DNA of 17,501 nt from Candidatus Thorarchaeota archaeon (GCA_048882325.1 JBHLRS010000055.1:1-17501); one strand, 5' to 3'. Positions 1-8,149 are shown, counted from the stretch's first letter. Notes: generated by a model not told the origin, from the letters alone. Program-made: numbers and translations.

Positions 1-642
1 ACTCGATTCAAGATAGGCGACCAAGTCTTTGGATCAGCTGGTATGAAAGGAGGCGCGCACGCAGAGTACATCTGTGTCCCCGAAATTGCGATGGTGACTA
101 TCAAGCCTGCTAACCTGACTTTCGAAGAAGCAGCAGCAGTTCCAGTAGGAGCAAATACTGCATTGCACATTTTGAGGGGAGCAGACATACATTCGGGAAG
201 TATGGTTTTGGTGTATGGAGCATCGGGATCTGTTGGTACATATGCGGTACAGCTCGCGAAGTACTGGGGCGCAGAAGTCACAACTGTTTCGAGCACATCC
301 AATCTAGATTGGTTAAGGGAGCTGGGAGCTGATCATACCCTCGATTACACGAAAACGGACTTCACCCAGTCTGGTCAGAAATATGATGTCATCTTCGATG
401 CAGTAAGAAAAATCTCCTCATCCAAATGCAAAGAGTCACTAAAGGATAATGGAATCTTTCTTTCTTCAAGGTCTTCAACAGAAGAAAACATTGAGAATCT
501 TGATTTTCTCAAGAATCTAATTGAGGAGGGAAAACTAAAACCAGTGATTGATAGACGCTATTCAATCGAGGAAATTGTTGAAGCACATAGGCATGTTGAC
601 ACAGGGCGGAAGAAAGGAAATCTAGTAATTACCATATCGTAA
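1..642 (+). CDS. MDR-superfamily NAD(P)-dependent oxidoreductase (quinone reductase/zinc-type alcohol dehydrogenase-like), 5'-truncated
   Basis: The frame is open from base 1 (TRFKIGDQVFGSAGM...), so the gene starts before the window. Motifs: GAHAEY, EEAAAVP, Rossmann VLVYGASGSVG, LGADHTLDY and C-terminal G..KGNLVI. Confidence 0.9.
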   Translation, partial: TRFKIGDQVFGSAGMKGGAHAEYICVPEIAMVTIKPANLTFEEAAAVPVGANTALHILRGADIHSGSMVLVYGASGSVGTYAVQLAKYWGAEVTTVSSTSNLDWLRELGADHTLDYTKTDFTQSGQKYDVIFDAVRKISSSKCKESLKDNGIFLSSRSSTEENIENLDFLKNLIEEGKLKPVIDRRYSIEEIVEAHRHVDTGRKKGNLVITIS

Positions 643-668
643 TTGTTTTCGATTTTCAATTTGCTCAG

Positions 669-676
669 TATAAATA
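669..676 (+). promoter_or_regulatory. Putative archaeal TATA box (TATAAATA) for the membrane protein gene at 712
   Basis: TATAAATA lies in an AT-rich intergenic gap about 36 nt before the TTG start. Confidence 0.4.
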
Positions 677-711
677 TAAGATGCTGATAAGAATACAGGT
701 TTCAAGTTCGG

Positions 712-1506
712 TTGCAGGTGTTTGAAGTGAAATATACAAGACCAGCTGTAGTGTCAATATTAGCGATTATACCATTGACCATTGTATTTAGTGTGACCAA
801 TGCAGCGGGATGGGTAGTCTTACTCTTCCCCGTATCTGCCCTTGTTGGCACGTTGATTGGATTTGTCCTGGCACCTCTCTTTCTCTGGATTTATAAAAAG
901 TACATGGGAAGAAATCATCTATTTGCGATTCAGGACCAGGCAACAATGGAGAAATCCCATGGCATGCTAATGGGATTTTTTCCAGCATTGATGGCAACAA
1001 ACTTCACACTTTCTCTAATATTCGATCCGAATATCATGTCCATGCCTTTGTTCCAAGACTACTATCTCGAATGGAACAGTATAATCTTCCTCTTCTTTGT
1101 CTTAGGTGCCTTACTACAGGTTCCAGCATTTGCTCTCTTTTCTGCAGCTTGGATGATTGACGAATCTGGGATAGTATTGATGAGTAGATCTGGAACTCCT
1201 GAACTTCAGGCGACTGGTAAATGGTTTATAGCTCTCTTGAAAGGTTATGCAGGAATAGGTGTCATTATTGCATTGTACCAGTTCACATTTGAATTTCTAG
1301 GGACATACGGAAGTTTAGTACATTGGTCAGCAGTTCTCTTCCTTTTCATTTTGCCTCTTATTGTCACACTTTGGGTTATTCCAGCTATAATACTAGTAGC
1401 AGCAACGGAAGGAAAAAGACGTAATTACATACTTGGATTTGCAGAAAGATTTGGGATAAAAAAGGAGTTTGACTTGAGTATTAGGAGAATTGGAAATAGT
1501 TCCTAA
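712..1506 (+). CDS. Uncharacterised polytopic membrane protein (about 6 TM helices)
   Basis: 264 aa ORF with several 20-residue hydrophobic runs and a W-M-I-D-E-S-G-I-V ... LKGYAGIG segment. The start is TTG 712 or a nearby GTG. Confidence 0.8.
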   Translation: MQVFEVKYTRPAVVSILAIIPLTIVFSVTNAAGWVVLLFPVSALVGTLIGFVLAPLFLWIYKKYMGRNHLFAIQDQATMEKSHGMLMGFFPALMATNFTLSLIFDPNIMSMPLFQDYYLEWNSIIFLFFVLGALLQVPAFALFSAAWMIDESGIVLMSRSGTPELQATGKWFIALLKGYAGIGVIIALYQFTFEFLGTYGSLVHWSAVLFLFILPLIVTLWVIPAIILVAATEGKRRNYILGFAERFGIKKEFDLSIRRIGNSS

Positions 1507-1524
1507 GATCAGGGATAATTTAGT

Positions 1525-2745
1525 TCAAGAAATACTTCTCTGAATCGCTAGTGCTGTTTCTGAAGCTCTTTGGTAACACTCCACCATTGAAGACCCGACC
1601 TCAATCACAGTGCAAATTGGATCTCTCATATTCACCATTACTCCTTCTGGAGTTCGATCAACAGTGTTGGTGTATTTTCTCAAATTAGGCACAGCTCCAT
1701 CTTTTCTTGAGTATACAATCATTTTCACACCAGGGTTGATATCAGCGATTGATTCAGGGAGAACTCCTTGTGATGCAAGTACGTGTAGACTTGTTACAGA
1801 GATTGGTCCAGCAGCTTCTATCAGTTCAAGTGTACCTTGAATTCTGGGGTTGAGCTCCATCAACCAGATATGTTTCATATCATCCACAATGAAATCTAGA
1901 CCAATAGACCCACTTAGTTTTAGCTTGGTGCTGATTGTTTCAGAAACCTCTGCAATCTTTGATACAGTTTCAGCATCCAGTCCACTTGGATAATAGTTCC
2001 CACAATAGGCAAAATCGCAGTTTCGTCCCGCGGTTGGCATACCAATAAGTTGACCTTGTATGGAGATTGTGAGAGCAAGGTCTCCAGCGGCAAGAACACT
2101 GCAACTGATATCAGCGCCCCGGATATATTCTTGAATTATACGAGGTTCATAGATGTCATCCTCAGGTTCGCCTAAAGCCTTGATTACATCTGCAGGCTTC
2201 CTCACATAACGGATACCACTACCTCCCCCTGAATGAGTAGGCCGTACCAAATAGGGGTATTCAATTGCCGCTAAATCTCCAAATGCATCATCTGGTTGAT
2301 TGACAGTTGAGCGTTGTGGAAAACCAATTTCGAGTGAATGGGCGAGCTTCTCGAGAGAAGTGAAATCTCTTGCTCGCTCTATCTGCGTTGGAGTACATCC
2401 CATCAATAGATTCTTTCTGTGCAAAGGTCTTAGTGCATCTGCATGATCATCAAACCCACTTCCAACGATTACAAAATCCAACTCATGTTTCTCCGTGAGA
2501 TGAAACAAGTTTTCAACCAATCCCTCGTAGAGTGGAACTTCAAGTGGTTGTCTTTGGCGATCACCGGGCTTTGGAGTAAGGATGGCTATCCAATCATCGC
2601 AACAGGTAGATAGGTCTTCATCTCCCCAATAATCGGATACAAAGACATTTGCTCCCGCTTTTTTGGCAGAACAAGCTATCGGTCGTGCGTTAAACCCGAC
2701 TATCCCGACTTGCTTATCTCGGAGTGGCGACCTGATTGAAGCCAT
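1525..2745 (-). CDS. ATP-grasp domain ligase (archaeal COG2232-like predicted carboligase)
   Basis: N-terminal VGFNARPIACSAKKAG..VSDYWGDEDL, ATP-grasp motifs YPYLVRP..SGGGSGI, IIQEYIRG and GLDFI..IWLMELNPRIQG. ATG 2745 is preferred over the track start at 2790, which would overlap the divergent gene. Confidence 0.85.
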   Translation of the reverse strand: MASIRSPLRDKQVGIVGFNARPIACSAKKAGANVFVSDYWGDEDLSTCCDDWIAILTPKPGDRQRQPLEVPLYEGLVENLFHLTEKHELDFVIVGSGFDDHADALRPLHRKNLLMGCTPTQIERARDFTSLEKLAHSLEIGFPQRSTVNQPDDAFGDLAAIEYPYLVRPTHSGGGSGIRYVRKPADVIKALGEPEDDIYEPRIIQEYIRGADISCSVLAAGDLALTISIQGQLIGMPTAGRNCDFAYCGNYYPSGLDAETVSKIAEVSETISTKLKLSGSIGLDFIVDDMKHIWLMELNPRIQGTLELIEAAGPISVTSLHVLASQGVLPESIADINPGVKMIVYSRKDGAVPNLRKYTNTVDRTPEGVMVNMRDPICTVIEVGSSMVECYQRASETALAIQRSIS

Positions 2746-2814
2746 GATTTGGGGGTTGCCGTAGCCCTGATAAGGTCTTCCTGTTTTCAAAGTGATTGGC
2801 CAGTGGTGTCGTCA

Positions 2815-3135
2815 ATGAAAAAGGTAAGCGAGAAGGATATGACTCCGGGAAGTATACAAGGCGAAAAGGGGATTGTTGATGTCTATGATATCATACAAGA
2901 AGAAGTGACAGCTGGCGTTCGTGTTGTACAACCGAATAGCGATGTACCAATTAGACCACATGTGCATCATGAGCGGCAGGTGATTTATGTGATATCGGGC
3001 TCTGGAAAGATTACTAATGGAAAAGAGACCTTCGACCTCCATTCAGGAGATTTCATCATTCTATCAGCTGAGGAGGAACATAATGTCATAACAGAGAGTG
3101 AGGAACTCAAGGTCTTTGAGGTGAAGTATCCGTAA
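2815..3135 (+). CDS. Cupin domain protein (Cupin_2-like)
   Basis: Cupin motif 1 PHVHHERQVIYVISGSG and motif 2 GDFIILSAEEEHNV. ATG 2815 is the likely start. Confidence 0.88.
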   Translation: MKKVSEKDMTPGSIQGEKGIVDVYDIIQEEVTAGVRVVQPNSDVPIRPHVHHERQVIYVISGSGKITNGKETFDLHSGDFIILSAEEEHNVITESEELKVFEVKYP

Positions 3136-3150
3136 CATAAGGAGAGTATC

Positions 3151-3891
3151 TTGCTGAGTAGAGACATTGATTTCTATAATGTACATCCCATTGCATGGAT
3201 CACAAAGAGTCAGATTCTATTAGACTACTTATCGTCTGCAGATTCAGATTTCTTGGTAGCTGATTTTGCTTCTGGTGAATACGACAGAATTCCGTCGTTC
3301 TTCGTGACAATGCTCCCCAATATGGGTTCATTTGGACCTAAGAGGCTTGTTGTTTATTGCACAGATATTCATGCACTCCGACTTGATAGTTTGCTGGGAA
3401 AACTTGAGGAGTCTAAGCTTTTGAATGATGTTAGAGTGGTGCAAGCAAAATTAGAAACGATGGATGACGTTGCTAGCTTCAGACCAGACATGGTTGAGTA
3501 CTTAGTTAGACATCCAGCAACGATGACAACATTGGACCATCATTTGATTGATATGAAATTCATTCCTGACAACATATTCGACATAGGCGTATTGAATAAT
3601 GATGTTGTAGGATATCTACATGAATATTACAAAGAATATAGCGACGCTGTTGCTGGACTCAAGAAGGTTTGCAAGTCACTCAAGGAGGATGCTCTCCTTA
3701 TCGTTACTATGCCATGTTCATTGTATCCTGTTGATAATATAGGTGTCCTTGAATCTCTTGGTTTTGAGTTTCTTGAAGGGAAGGACGTTGACCTTGCAGG
3801 TGGGACCGTTAATGATTTGAAACGAGATACAAAACCACAAGAAATGAGTCGTCTAGGGCACTACACTTTCTTGATATTCGTCAGAAAATAG
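3151..3891 (+). CDS. Class I SAM-dependent methyltransferase-like protein (degenerate motif I)
   Basis: LVADFASGE (motif I-like), VVYCTDIH (acidic motif II), FDIGVLNND and LKKVCKSLKEDALLIVT (late Rossmann-MTase pattern). AAGGAG at 3139-3144 precedes the TTG start. Confidence 0.6.
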   Translation: MLSRDIDFYNVHPIAWITKSQILLDYLSSADSDFLVADFASGEYDRIPSFFVTMLPNMGSFGPKRLVVYCTDIHALRLDSLLGKLEESKLLNDVRVVQAKLETMDDVASFRPDMVEYLVRHPATMTTLDHHLIDMKFIPDNIFDIGVLNNDVVGYLHEYYKEYSDAVAGLKKVCKSLKEDALLIVTMPCSLYPVDNIGVLESLGFEFLEGKDVDLAGGTVNDLKRDTKPQEMSRLGHYTFLIFVRK

Positions 3892-3944
3892 TACATCAAG
3901 GATACAGTCATAGGTGAGAAATAGTACAAACTGACATAATTTCT

Positions 3945-3959
3945 CGCAAACCTTATACA
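3945..3959 (+). promoter_or_regulatory. Putative BRE-TATA element (CGCAAACC-TTATACA) for the coiled-coil gene
   Basis: A purine-containing BRE-like segment followed by TTATACA, about 47 nt upstream of ATG 4006. Confidence 0.35.
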
Positions 3960-4005
3960 GAGCAAAGCATTGTACACAATAACCTTGGTCGCAGGGGAAA
4001 AAATA

Positions 4006-5589
4006 ATGTCCGGGAAAAAACTCACCGACAAAGAGAAGGACGCACTTGATGAAGCTCTTAAAGGAGCAGTTCTTTCAGATGCTGAACTCGAAAGACTAGC
4101 AGAAGGTGTGGATGAGTCTGGCGATACAGTTATGCCTGTGGAAGACGGTGAAGACCTCATTTCCGCTGCAGCACTGGCACTAGATTTCGTTGAGCATCTT
4201 GAAACATCGGCCCCTAGAGAACTCACTGGCGATGAGGATGCAGTTGCAGGTTTTGATGCTCTACTAAGAAAATTGGAAACATTGAGAGCTGACATCTCCT
4301 CCCTTCAACGAGGTGTGGTCGGTGTATTCGCTGCGCAGCTTCTCACCTTCAGAGGCAATGTGGTTGACCTAAAGTCCCGGATATCTGAAGAGATGGTAGA
4401 ACGGTTACGAATGAAATTCTACAAAAACTTCATTGAGTCGATGTTTGTGGATATTGTTGACTCAGAGTTTGCTGCACTAGAAAAAGATCTTGTTGACAAA
4501 ATCGTGGAACAGACCCAAGAGAAATTCAAAGAGTTTGCACTCCGAGTAAGAGAATCTGAGGTAGACCTGCGAAGAACTATAGTAGAACAACAAGATATCG
4601 TGCGGTCATTTATGACGAGTCTAGAAGAAGAAACAGTTGCCCAAAGAACGGAACTTGCTGAGAAGCAGGCTGAAATTACCAAACTAGAACTGGAGATTCG
4701 AAATCTCCAATCCAAAGTTGATGCAGGTATGGTAATGGGAGTTGCAAAGCAAGAGTATGAACGAAGGATTTCGTCTCTGGAAGAAGAGGTAAAGGACCTC
4801 AAAGATGATATCCTCCTAAAAGACGCATTAGTCGAGAAGCGGACCCAGAGTATTGAAGAAACACGAAAAGAAATAGAAGAACTAAAACTCAAACTTGGCG
4901 AAGCACAAAGCCAGATAGTGGTATACAAGGAAGAGGCTGCTTTAGCAAAACCACAGACTGAGAAGACTGAAGCAGAGATTGAAGCCCTGAAATCAAAGAT
5001 AGAACTACTTGAAACCACATTAGAGGATCGTAGGAAAGAAGCAGACACATCAACTTCAACAATTACGCAACTTGAAACTCATATAGAAGACCTCAGGCAA
5101 GAGAAGGCGGCAGCAGAGAGAGAAGCAACGGAACGATTGACTGAGATTGAAAGTATGCAGGGTAGATTTGCTGAGGTCAAGGAGATGGATGAGAAGATCC
5201 ATACGCTGGAGCGTGAATTGAAAACTGCGACGGAAGAGGTGAAGATTGTTGAGATGCAGAAAGAAGGATTCGAGAAAGCAGCTCAACTAATGGAAGTTGA
5301 ACGTGATATGGCGCTTCAGCGAAGGGACCTTGCTGATGAACGCACTCAACGTTACATCAAGGTTCTAGGAATGGAAGGAAACACCAAAGTCCTCCTCCTT
5401 GTTGACGAAGTCGGATCTATTACATTTACAGAGCTCGGAAAGTCATTAGGTGTTCCTAAGGGTCAAGCTACCAAATGGGCGCGAGAATTGGGCAAGCTAG
5501 GTGTTCTTGAAATCACAGGAGAAACTGTGAAATCAACACTCAGAAAATTAGATGTGAAGGAAGGCGAAGTAAAGCTAGATAAAAAGTAG
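4006..5589 (+). CDS. Long coiled-coil protein with C-terminal winged helix-turn-helix domain
   Basis: An acidic N-terminus is followed by several hundred E/K/R/L-rich heptad residues. The C-terminus KVLLLVDEVGSITFTELGKSLGVPKGQATKWARELGKLGVLEITGETV fits a wHTH. There is no Walker A/B motif. ATG 4006 is preferred over TTG 3970. Confidence 0.85.
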   Translation: MSGKKLTDKEKDALDEALKGAVLSDAELERLAEGVDESGDTVMPVEDGEDLISAAALALDFVEHLETSAPRELTGDEDAVAGFDALLRKLETLRADISSLQRGVVGVFAAQLLTFRGNVVDLKSRISEEMVERLRMKFYKNFIESMFVDIVDSEFAALEKDLVDKIVEQTQEKFKEFALRVRESEVDLRRTIVEQQDIVRSFMTSLEEETVAQRTELAEKQAEITKLELEIRNLQSKVDAGMVMGVAKQEYERRISSLEEEVKDLKDDILLKDALVEKRTQSIEETRKEIEELKLKLGEAQSQIVVYKEEAALAKPQTEKTEAEIEALKSKIELLETTLEDRRKEADTSTSTITQLETHIEDLRQEKAAAEREATERLTEIESMQGRFAEVKEMDEKIHTLERELKTATEEVKIVEMQKEGFEKAAQLMEVERDMALQRRDLADERTQRYIKVLGMEGNTKVLLLVDEVGSITFTELGKSLGVPKGQATKWARELGKLGVLEITGETVKSTLRKLDVKEGEVKLDKK

Positions 5590-5600
5590 AATTCCGATAA

Positions 5601-5948
5601 TTAAAACTTGATAGATCTATCACCTTCACTAAACGACTTTACGATTTGCGACCAATAGTCAGCAAGTTTCGACATTGCCTTCGAGAAATTCTCGGTAAGA
5701 CGAAACTCACCCATATCCTTATCGACCAGACCAACATCTCTCAGCTTTCGCATAACCTTAACATAGAGACCTCTACTTGATAAAACAAAGATCTGCCAGT
5801 CAGAGTCTGGCACCACCCCATCTTTCTTCATTAGTGTGTTTAGAATCTTGGATGCCTGTTCGACTTGCATCTCTGTGAAGAATACATATCGAAGCAGATG
5901 ACGTGGACTAATGAGTGATGGTCTTGTAACCAAATCTATCTTTGCCAT
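5601..5948 (-). CDS. Small winged-helix-like protein, uncharacterised
   Basis: 115 aa. SSRGLYVKVMRKLRDVGLVDKDMGEFRLT matches the recognition helix plus wing (L..GLV....F.LT), followed by a C-terminal helix. Confidence 0.7.
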   Translation of the reverse strand: MAKIDLVTRPSLISPRHLLRYVFFTEMQVEQASKILNTLMKKDGVVPDSDWQIFVLSSRGLYVKVMRKLRDVGLVDKDMGEFRLTENFSKAMSKLADYWSQIVKSFSEGDRSIKF

Positions 5949-6002
5949 TTCTGGGCCCTAAGGTGATTCTACAGCCTTCGAATAAGACACTAGGTATTAC
6001 AT

Positions 6003-6992
6003 TCACTTTCGCAATGATTTCATCATCAGCATTGGTAAAGCTATGACAACAAATACACCAACTGAGATGATAGTCTGCATAGCCAAGGAAACCACCGCTT
6101 GAAATGATGGGCCTAATAGATAGAAAACAACACCCGTCAGGATACAGCCTAAAAAGGGAATAAGCTGGAATGGCGACCTCAATCTTGCCATAGCAGCAAC
6201 TAAGATGAAGAACCCATATCCCACAGCAGCAAATGCCAGTGCGAGTGAGAAAAGGACCGCTAGCGCCTCATATACTCCGAATAACAACCAACCAGCTTGA
6301 GGAAGGAAATATGCAATAATCAACCAAATGAAGTTGAAGACAATAATCACTTTGAGACCAGCAGACGCGTTCTCTATGTCGACACTCGAAGGAGCGTTTG
6401 AGAACATAATAGTCATTGCTAGGAATGCGATTATCCAGAAGACTGGATTAATGACAGTTAGCTGCGCAAATGTATAGAGAAATGTGTACACAAATCCACC
6501 AATGGCATTCAAAGGATACATCCACTCTGCTAGTTGCGCTGGTTCAGACTTTAAGTTGATGAGTCCGCCTAATAGATCCAACGCATTGGTCCCGAGCTCT
6601 GGTCGATCAGGTACAAGAAAAGTAGCTCCAAATGCAAACAGAATTAGCAAGACGAGTGAAACTGCAACAGGCGCCAAATTAATGATGGCATTCTTGAATC
6701 GGCTCTGAGGTTTTATGTACTTCACATAACCTAAAAGAATCTGGTCTCCTTTGCGCTCTACATTGATTGGCTTGAATTCTACGATCTTTGTTCTTGTGAA
6801 CACACATCCAAGGGCGTGTGATGACTCATGAAGTGCAACTCCTGGACCAACAAGCATGTACCATGACCTCGATCCAGGGTCTTGCGTGGTCCTCAACATT
6901 GCATGAGATAGACTCTCAAGCAGCCAGCCAAGTCCCCACACAAAAAAGAACAATACAAATCCAAGTAACACTATAGTGAAATATGCGTTCAT
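6003..6992 (-). CDS. Membrane-embedded zinc metalloprotease (HExxH; M50B/DUF3267-like)
   Basis: GPGVALHESSHALGC zincin motif, LGYVKY strand, INLAP helix entry and an NAPSSVD (PSxxD) third-ligand-like motif, plus many TM segments. AGGAGG lies 7 nt upstream of ATG 6992. Confidence 0.8.
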   Translation of the reverse strand: MNAYFTIVLLGFVLFFFVWGLGWLLESLSHAMLRTTQDPGSRSWYMLVGPGVALHESSHALGCVFTRTKIVEFKPINVERKGDQILLGYVKYIKPQSRFKNAIINLAPVAVSLVLLILFAFGATFLVPDRPELGTNALDLLGGLINLKSEPAQLAEWMYPLNAIGGFVYTFLYTFAQLTVINPVFWIIAFLAMTIMFSNAPSSVDIENASAGLKVIIVFNFIWLIIAYFLPQAGWLLFGVYEALAVLFSLALAFAAVGYGFFILVAAMARLRSPFQLIPFLGCILTGVVFYLLGPSFQAVVSLAMQTIISVGVFVVIALPMLMMKSLRK

Positions 6993-7010
6993 TCCCACTC
7001 CTCCTATATT

Positions 7011-7406
7011 TTAACTATCTCGAAGTTTTGCATTTTCTTTGTCTAATTCTTGAAACCGTTTGTATTTCGTTTTTTCAGCGTTCTTAATGCGTTTCTTGAT
7101 CGTGTCAACTCTTTTTTCGAGATCAGAACGTGTCTTGCTTTTTCGTTTCATTGCCTCTCTGAAGTCCTTATCAGCGTCCTTCCAATCTCGCTCTGCATTA
7201 CGAACTCTTCCGAGAAGCTCCTCATACGTATCTCTTCTTGACTTGGCAACTGAACGATAAGATTCTATTTCACCATCTAACCGTCTATCCAAGCCCTCAA
7301 GTTCCAACTTTGCCTTCTGAAGGTCTAGTTCAAACTGTTGAATGTCAGAATCAATCTTCTGAACTTTCTTATCTCGAAGATACTCCGGATCCACCATCGC
7401 TATCAT
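7011..7406 (-). CDS. Small highly charged all-helical coiled-coil protein
   Basis: 131 aa, K/R/E/D-rich with heptad leucines and almost no Pro/Gly. Alternative start ATG 7397. Confidence 0.75.
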   Translation of the reverse strand: MIAMVDPEYLRDKKVQKIDSDIQQFELDLQKAKLELEGLDRRLDGEIESYRSVAKSRRDTYEELLGRVRNAERDWKDADKDFREAMKRKSKTRSDLEKRVDTIKKRIKNAEKTKYKRFQELDKENAKLRDS

Positions 7407-7448
7407 CCTAACGAGTACATTAGGCTATTTCACTGTTATCACTCAGGG

Positions 7449-8090
7449 TCATAGGTACTCATCAGCGAATTGTTTCATGATGGTCCTCTCAGCTCGACGC
7501 AATCGCTCCTGCATCGCAACTCGTTTGATTTTGAGTTTCTTCGCAAGAATCTTGATCTCACTTTTTCGAGGTATATCATAATATCCAGTCGAAATAGCTA
7601 CTCGGAGAGCGTCCAATTGCTTATTCGTAAGGTTTGGTCCAAGAAATCCGATGGGCGACCTTCTTACACCCAAAACATGAACTTCAGAGAATCTAGCTCG
7701 AAGATTATCAAAAGCTGTTCGGAATGCGTTTTGGTCTGGAGCCAAAAGATGATGAATCTGAGTTCCACTTTCTATAACAATTGGTAGTCGGGACATGCAA
7801 CCACTCTCAAGGATTGTTTCGAGTATCGATTTCTTCTGCAACTTGTGAGTGACCTCTGTCCAGAGTTGTTCCTGCGTTTCATGAGTTACGCGAATCTCGA
7901 CTATACTGGATGATTTTCTCATTCCTCTTATGTAGTCCTTGAGTGGTCTTGCTTCTCCAGTCAAACTCTGAATGATCCCAAATCCAACTGGACCATTTAT
8001 CGACACCAACAACACGCGTACTGGAATCTTTCGTGTGAGGTCACAAGAATAGTATGCTTCTGCAGTTATTTCCAGCTTGGCCTCTATCAT
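7449..8090 (-). CDS. Transcription regulator with C-terminal HTH_10 (bacterio-opsin activator-type) domain
   Basis: LTNKQLDALRVAISTGYYDIPRKSEIKILAKKLKIKRVAMQERLRRAE matches the HTH_10 signature (LT..Q...A...GYY..PR.....LA..L......E.LRRAE). ATG 8090 is the likely start. Confidence 0.9.
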   Translation of the reverse strand: MIEAKLEITAEAYYSCDLTRKIPVRVLLVSINGPVGFGIIQSLTGEARPLKDYIRGMRKSSSIVEIRVTHETQEQLWTEVTHKLQKKSILETILESGCMSRLPIVIESGTQIHHLLAPDQNAFRTAFDNLRARFSEVHVLGVRRSPIGFLGPNLTNKQLDALRVAISTGYYDIPRKSEIKILAKKLKIKRVAMQERLRRAERTIMKQFADEYL

Positions 8091-8092
8091 CC

Positions 8093-8116
8093 TTATAAAC
8101 ACCCGTCTTAAGACGG
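8093..8116. promoter_or_regulatory. TATA-like box (TTATAAA, 8093-8099) and adjacent perfect 14-bp palindrome CCGTCTTAAGACGG (8103-8116); candidate operator
   Basis: Read directly from the 59-bp gap between the divergent HTH_10 and DMT genes. Confidence 0.55.
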
Positions 8117-8149
8117 CATAACATCTATTCCTATTTTAGTTTACTGATT

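Noticed and set aside
2746-2814. Apparent overlap of ATP-grasp (track start 2790) and cupin (track start 2749) ORFs
   Set aside because: Downstream ATGs at 2745 and 2815 give non-overlapping genes that begin where family-like sequence begins.
4419-5048. 209 aa antisense ORF (also 3861-4295 and 5056-5286)
   Set aside because: Ser/Phe/Leu-rich mirror of the Glu/Lys-rich codons of the coiled-coil gene; a typical shadow ORF.
4006-5589. SMC/Rad50 assignment for the long coiled-coil protein
   Set aside because: No Walker A/B, signature motif, hinge or CxxC hook, and too short.
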